DNA from: Promethearchaeota archaeon
Lineage (GTDB): Archaea; Asgardarchaeota; Lokiarchaeia; Sigyniarchaeales; Promethearchaeaceae
Reading direction: 5' to 3'
Length of the DNA: 32,000 bases
Assembly: GCA_016933055.1 (NCBI GenBank)
Contig: JAFGBS010000028.1
Location: forward strand, 270,001 to 302,000
Shown here piece by piece: positions 28,152 to 32,000 of this stretch (within the stretch, counting starts at the first letter, position 1; each line of letters opens with the position of its first letter). The position numbers were made by a program, and so were the translations under genes. The notes below the pieces were generated by a model. The model had not been told where the DNA came from. It did not search any database and worked only from the letters and a program-made list of their open reading frames with translations.

Positions 28152-28179
28152 ATATCAAGAACCACATAAATTTCAATTA

Positions 28180-28250
28180 GTTGTTAATATACAACGTTTC
28201 ATATATAAGGTTTTCTACAACGTTGTGATGGAAATGTTGTTTACAACGAT
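28180..28250 (-). promoter_or_regulatory. BRE/TATA promoter of the MFS gene embedded in six GTTGT/ACAAC half-sites
   Basis: Minus strand AGAAAACC-TTATATAT (28216-28201). Half-sites at 28180, 28191, 28217, 28222, 28236 and 28243. Confidence 0.6.
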
Positions 28251-28384
28251 TATGAAAAACACAATGATCAAAACATTAAAAACAAATTAGGGCTGGATGT
28301 TATCAAATACCTATTTTTGAAGTATATGCGTGCAAATTCAAAAATATCGTATGAAACTATTCGAATTAGTTTTATAAAACATAG

Positions 28385-28725
28385 ATGACCAGATATATAA
28401 CGATAAGGAACATCATACTCGGAAAAATCGGAATAACGGTATTTAGCGTTTATTTTATCGCAATTTTTGTTGAAATTATGTTTATAATTTTCGATATTAT
28501 CCCGAGTATTGCAATCTACCAGTATGATTTCTCATTTTAGCGTTATTTTTTGTTATTTACACAATTACAGCTATTAAATATTATGAATTCTACGAGATTG
28601 CATCTAGAGTTGATTTATTATCTTTTTCAGTCATTTCTGGGATGCAACTTGTCTCTGCAGGATTTTCCATTCTTCTCCATTCACAGACCATTAAAAATTG
28701 TAATTTCATTGTTGGTTATAATTAA
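28385..28725 (+). pseudogene. Frameshifted membrane-protein pseudogene
   Basis: Frame 1 MTRYITIRNIILGKIGITVFSVYFIAIFVEIMFIIFDIIPSIA continues after a 1-nt shift near 28513 as NLPV*FLILALFFVIYTITAIKYYEFYEIASRVDLLSFSVISGMQLVSAGFSILL (TGA 28525-28527, stop 28723-28725). Confidence 0.5.
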
Positions 28726-28953
28726 AATTCATTATAAAATGAATTAGTACTGTTATTAAATATGCAAATGGAGACATAAAGTCGTAATATCAATTCAGCA
28801 TTCAGAGTAATTTCTTTTTCAATTCAATTCAATTATAATTTTCTGTTTTTAAACCTGAAATAAAAACATGGAAACAAAACTATCGAAAAATTTATGAAAA
28901 TTAGTTGCAGTTGAACCCCTAAATTCAAATTTGGGATATGCACTATATTAACC

Positions 28954-30483
28954 ATGAGTAAAACAGAAGAATTTATCACACAAATTATAAATGGGTATCA
29001 ACCCAAGGGTGAGTATCTGATTTTAGGAGGAGCAATGCTGAATGGGGAGGCAATTCCCGATACCCATGTAAAAATACCTCTTAAAACCATGAACCGACAT
29101 GGATTAATAGCCGGAGCAACCGGCACGGGGAAAACAAAAACCCTTCAAGTCATATCAGAGCAACTTTCCGAAAAAGGTGTACCTGTTTTAGTTATGGATA
29201 TAAAAGGTGATCTGAGCGGGATTGCAAAACCTGGTGTAGAAAAATCATTCATCACGGAAAGACACGCAAAAATTAATTTACCCTATTCAGTGAAAGGTTT
29301 TCCAGTCGAATTAATGTCCCTTTCCCAGCAAGATGGTATTCGTATGCGAGCCACGGTTTCTGAATTTGGACCAGTATTATTTTCCCGAATTCTTGATTTG
29401 AACACGACTCAAGCGAGCATACTATCCACTATTTTCAAGTACTGTGATGATAATAAAATGGCACTGCTTGATTTAAAAGATATAAAAAAAGTTATTCAGT
29501 TTATTACTGATGAGGGTAAGGAAGATTTTGAGAGTGAATACGGGAAAATCTCTGCTTCTTCGACAGGGGTCATCCTTCGAAAGATTATTGAACTCGAACA
29601 ACAAGATGCTGACCTCTTTTTCGGAGAAATCTCTTTTGATATTGATGATCTTATGAGGGCTGATAGAAAGGGAAACGGTTATATTAATATTATCAGATTA
29701 GATGATATTCAAGATAAGCCTAAGCTGTTTTCAACCTTTATGTTATGTTTGTTAGCCGAAGTTTACGATCAAATGCCCGAAAAAGGAGATGCCGAAAAAC
29801 CAGAGTTGGTGATTTTCATAGATGAAGCACATCTTATATTCAAACAAGCTAGTAAAACTCTACTCGAGCAAATTGAGACTATTGTGAAACTGATCCGATC
29901 AAAAGGAGTAGGAATATTCTTTGTAACACAAAATCCTATGGATGTACCCAATAGTGTACTAGCTCAACTTGGACTAAAGGTACAGCATGCTTTGAGAGCT
30001 TTTACGGCGACCGATCGAAAAGCGATAAAACTCACTGCTGAAAATTTTCCAATATCAGATTATTACCAAACTGATGAAGTGCTTACTTCTCTTGGTACGG
30101 GAGAAGCTTTGGTAACTGCGTTAAATGAAAAAGGGAGACCAACTCCTCTTGCAGTTACAATGATTCGAGCACCAATGAGCAGAATGGATATTTTAACACC
30201 CAAAGAGCTTACTGCTATCAATACTGCCTCAGACCTTGTAAAAAAATATAATAAAACCGTTGATCGCGAAAGTGCTTATGAAATTTTAAGTAAAAAAATC
30301 GAGATTATAGAGAAAGAACAGAAAAAGGAAGTTGAAAGGAAAAAAAAAGAAACGGAAAAAAAACAAACATCAAAATCTTCATCTAACCGAAGCAGAAAAA
30401 GCACTAAATCTGTAACAAAAGTCTTAACCAGTGCCACTTTTATTAGAGGAGCATTGGGTATTTTAAAAAAAGTCATTCGTTAA
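28954..30483 (+). CDS. DUF853 / YjgR-family HerA-like ATPase
   Basis: NRHGLIAGATGTGKT (Walker A), MDIKGDLSG, VIFIDEAH (Walker B), LIRSKGVG, VQHALRAFT. Confidence 0.93.
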   Translation: MSKTEEFITQIINGYQPKGEYLILGGAMLNGEAIPDTHVKIPLKTMNRHGLIAGATGTGKTKTLQVISEQLSEKGVPVLVMDIKGDLSGIAKPGVEKSFITERHAKINLPYSVKGFPVELMSLSQQDGIRMRATVSEFGPVLFSRILDLNTTQASILSTIFKYCDDNKMALLDLKDIKKVIQFITDEGKEDFESEYGKISASSTGVILRKIIELEQQDADLFFGEISFDIDDLMRADRKGNGYINIIRLDDIQDKPKLFSTFMLCLLAEVYDQMPEKGDAEKPELVIFIDEAHLIFKQASKTLLEQIETIVKLIRSKGVGIFFVTQNPMDVPNSVLAQLGLKVQHALRAFTATDRKAIKLTAENFPISDYYQTDEVLTSLGTGEALVTALNEKGRPTPLAVTMIRAPMSRMDILTPKELTAINTASDLVKKYNKTVDRESAYEILSKKIEIIEKEQKKEVERKKKETEKKQTSKSSSNRSRKSTKSVTKVLTSATFIRGALGILKKVIR

Positions 30484-30509
30484 TTTTATCTTTTTTCTTC
30501 TTTTTTTAT

Positions 30510-30627
30510 TAATCAATATCTACACCACTCCTTAAGGGTTGATAACCCAAATTAACCATGTGGTTTTAGTGTAAAACTAAACCGAGCCTACGATGACCCG
30601 TATAGGGTGGGTGATAGATGTTGATTA
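30510..30627. mobile_element. MITE-like element 2 (118 bp), same terminal repeat family as element 1
   Basis: Left end TAATCAATATCTA; right end TAGATGTTGATTA (12/13 match). Imperfect pairing extends to about 32 bp. Confidence 0.7.
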
Positions 30628-30692
30628 TAGAAAAACTGTGTTTGGAGGACGAATCAGCTTTATATGTATGAAAAATAAAAAAAGAGAAAAAT

Positions 30693-32000
30693 TTATTTCT
30701 TTTTTGCTGGACCTTTTTCTTTCAGTAAATCGAATGTATCAATAAGTTCAAGTATTCCATACACTGGGATGCCGTGATTATCTCTCTCGTTTGCGTCATT
30801 GAGGTTTCTCCAGCAGAATGGACATTCCGTAAGCATGATATCTGCTCCGACTGCTTCAGCTTCATCCAGCCGTCTAGAGGATGTATTTAAACTGAACTCA
30901 GGATATTGAGCCCTTACACCCCCCCCGGCTCCGCAACAGAAAGAGTTTTCTTTAATTCGATACATTTCGTTAAATTTGATGCCAGGAAGTGCCCGAATAA
31001 TGGTTCGGGGTATTTCAAACCAGTCATCTACTCTCTTGCTTAGTTTTCTTTTGTCAAGAAAGAGATTATCGGAACTATTGATCAATTCTCTTTTGAAATG
31101 TTCGGCGAAATGTCTTCCTGTGTGGCATGGATCATGATAAGTTACCGTTTTTCCCTTAAGCTTTGGATGTTCTTTAAACTCTAACTTTCCGTCAGTAATG
31201 AGTTGAGCTATTAGTTCCATTGCATGTTGTGTTTTAAATGTGTTTTTCTTACCCGTCCATTTAGGATAGTCAATTGTAAAGGTTCGGTAGCAACCTGCGC
31301 ATGAAAACAGAATCAGTTCGTAGTTAGCAAAAAATTTCAAGTTATCATTCATTAGGCGCTGAGCAGTGTTTGTTTTTCCAATTCGGAAGAAAGGAGATCC
31401 GCAACATACTTCTTCTGTGAGAACAGTTATATCTAATCCCAATTTTTGAAGCAGTTTAACCGTAGCACCCGCAATATTCTTCTGTCGATAAGCAGCAGTA
31501 CATCCTACGAAATAGGCGATTTTCGCATCCTTTTTGTTGAGAAGTTTTGGATCGATGCCTGCTTCTTTAACCCAATCAACACGTTCGACTTTTTTACCAC
31601 CATACGGATTGTCTTCTTTTTGGGTTATATTATCCACAAGTTCGTGTTTATCCCGAGCAGGTACTCCAGCTTCTAAAACTGCTGCGCGTAATGCTTCAAT
31701 AATGTCTACAGTGCGCACATCGTTTTCGCATTGCTCCCCACAGAGCCCACACGTTATGCATGGGTAAATCACATCTGCCACATTATCGTCAATTTCAATT
31801 TCACCTTCCAGAATGCTGCGAGCAATCCACATTTTGCCGGCATTGGCGTAAGCTTCCCACCCATATTCTAATTGTGCAGGACACGATTTTAACATACCCT
31901 CATACAGTACTCGTTCCTTTGAGAAAGAACCTTTGTGTTCTCCGACACCTTCTCTACTTGGATCACCAGAATACGCAAATACGCAGGCTTTACAGTGGAT
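30693..32000 (-). CDS. HdrD/GlpC-like (Fe-S)-binding protein with two CCG domains (5' truncated by the window edge)
   Basis: The frame is open from 32000 (IHCKAC...), so the ORF-track start at 31895 is internal. CITCGLCGEQC ferredoxin motif; CCG motifs FVGC, CCGSP, CAGC, YHDPC, CCGAGGG, CPFC. Confidence 0.9.
   Translation of the reverse strand: MHCKACVFAYSGDPSREGVGEHKGSFSKERVLYEGMLKSCPAQLEYGWEAYANAGKMWIARSILEGEIEIDDNVADVIYPCITCGLCGEQCENDVRTVDIIEALRAAVLEAGVPARDKHELVDNITQKEDNPYGGKKVERVDWVKEAGIDPKLLNKKDAKIAYFVGCTAAYRQKNIAGATVKLLQKLGLDITVLTEEVCCGSPFFRIGKTNTAQRLMNDNLKFFANYELILFSCAGCYRTFTIDYPKWTGKKNTFKTQHAMELIAQLITDGKLEFKEHPKLKGKTVTYHDPCHTGRHFAEHFKRELINSSDNLFLDKRKLSKRVDDWFEIPRTIIRALPGIKFNEMYRIKENSFCCGAGGGVRAQYPEFSLNTSSRRLDEAEAVGADIMLTECPFCWRNLNDANERDNHGIPVYGILELIDTFDLLKEKGPAKKK

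Noticed and set aside
26586-28527. TGA recoding (Trp or Sec) suggested by TGAs at Trp-like positions in two broken ORFs
   Set aside because: TGA terminates several intact genes here (e.g. at 8398, 14820, 15221, 16246), there is no redox-motif context, and the same ORFs carry other lesions.
28550-28747. 65-aa ORF-track entry
   Set aside because: An alternative frame (28528-28725) gives a more coherent membrane-protein sequence that continues the upstream ORF.
30510-30627. Possible SECIS element (Lokiarchaeia use eukaryote-like SECIS) downstream of an Hdr-like gene
   Set aside because: The minus strand, which is the gene's sense strand, has no AUGA core. The plus-strand UGAU/CGAU pairing lacks a proper helix II and apical loop, and neither flanking gene has an in-frame TGA in the window.
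1037-31767. Short ORF-track entries (60-116 aa) overlapping long genes, e.g. 1037-1351, 1753-2016, 15757-16065, 24505-24852, 26091-26441, 31534-31767
   Set aside because: Antisense or alternate-frame shadows of well-supported genes with no recognisable motifs.
1-32000. tRNA, rRNA, CRISPR arrays, transposases or integrases
   Set aside because: No cloverleaf or T-loop consensus, no rRNA-like GC-rich tract, no regularly spaced direct repeats, and no DDE, Y1 or tyrosine-recombinase ORF seen by eye.

Overview
AT-rich archaeal DNA whose gene content points to an Asgard archaeon, most likely Lokiarchaeia (inferred from a Rab-like GTPase, a longin-like protein, a giant tail-anchored surface glycoprotein and GGAGGT/GGTGA ribosome-binding sites). 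1-12.7 kb holds housekeeping and eukaryote-signature-type genes: SAM methyltransferase, a longin/uDENN-like + winged-helix protein translationally coupled to a 1368-aa surface protein, MEMO1/AmrB, an RbgA-like GTPase, a PfkB kinase and a Rab-like GTPase-TrmB pair. 12.7-30.6 kb is a catabolic/transport accessory block: hydrolases, a CPBP protease, three MFS transporters, an AIF-like flavoprotein, an M24 peptidase, a GH29/GH16 divergon, a DUF853 ATPase and at least two decayed membrane-protein genes. This block is bracketed by two related non-coding elements (12698-12926, 30510-30627) sharing terminal inverted repeats TAATCAA(T/C)ATC(T/C)A, i.e. a probable MITE family. The window ends inside an HdrD/GlpC-like Fe-S protein. 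No tRNA, rRNA, CRISPR array or transposase was seen. All family assignments are from motif recognition by eye; no searches were run.
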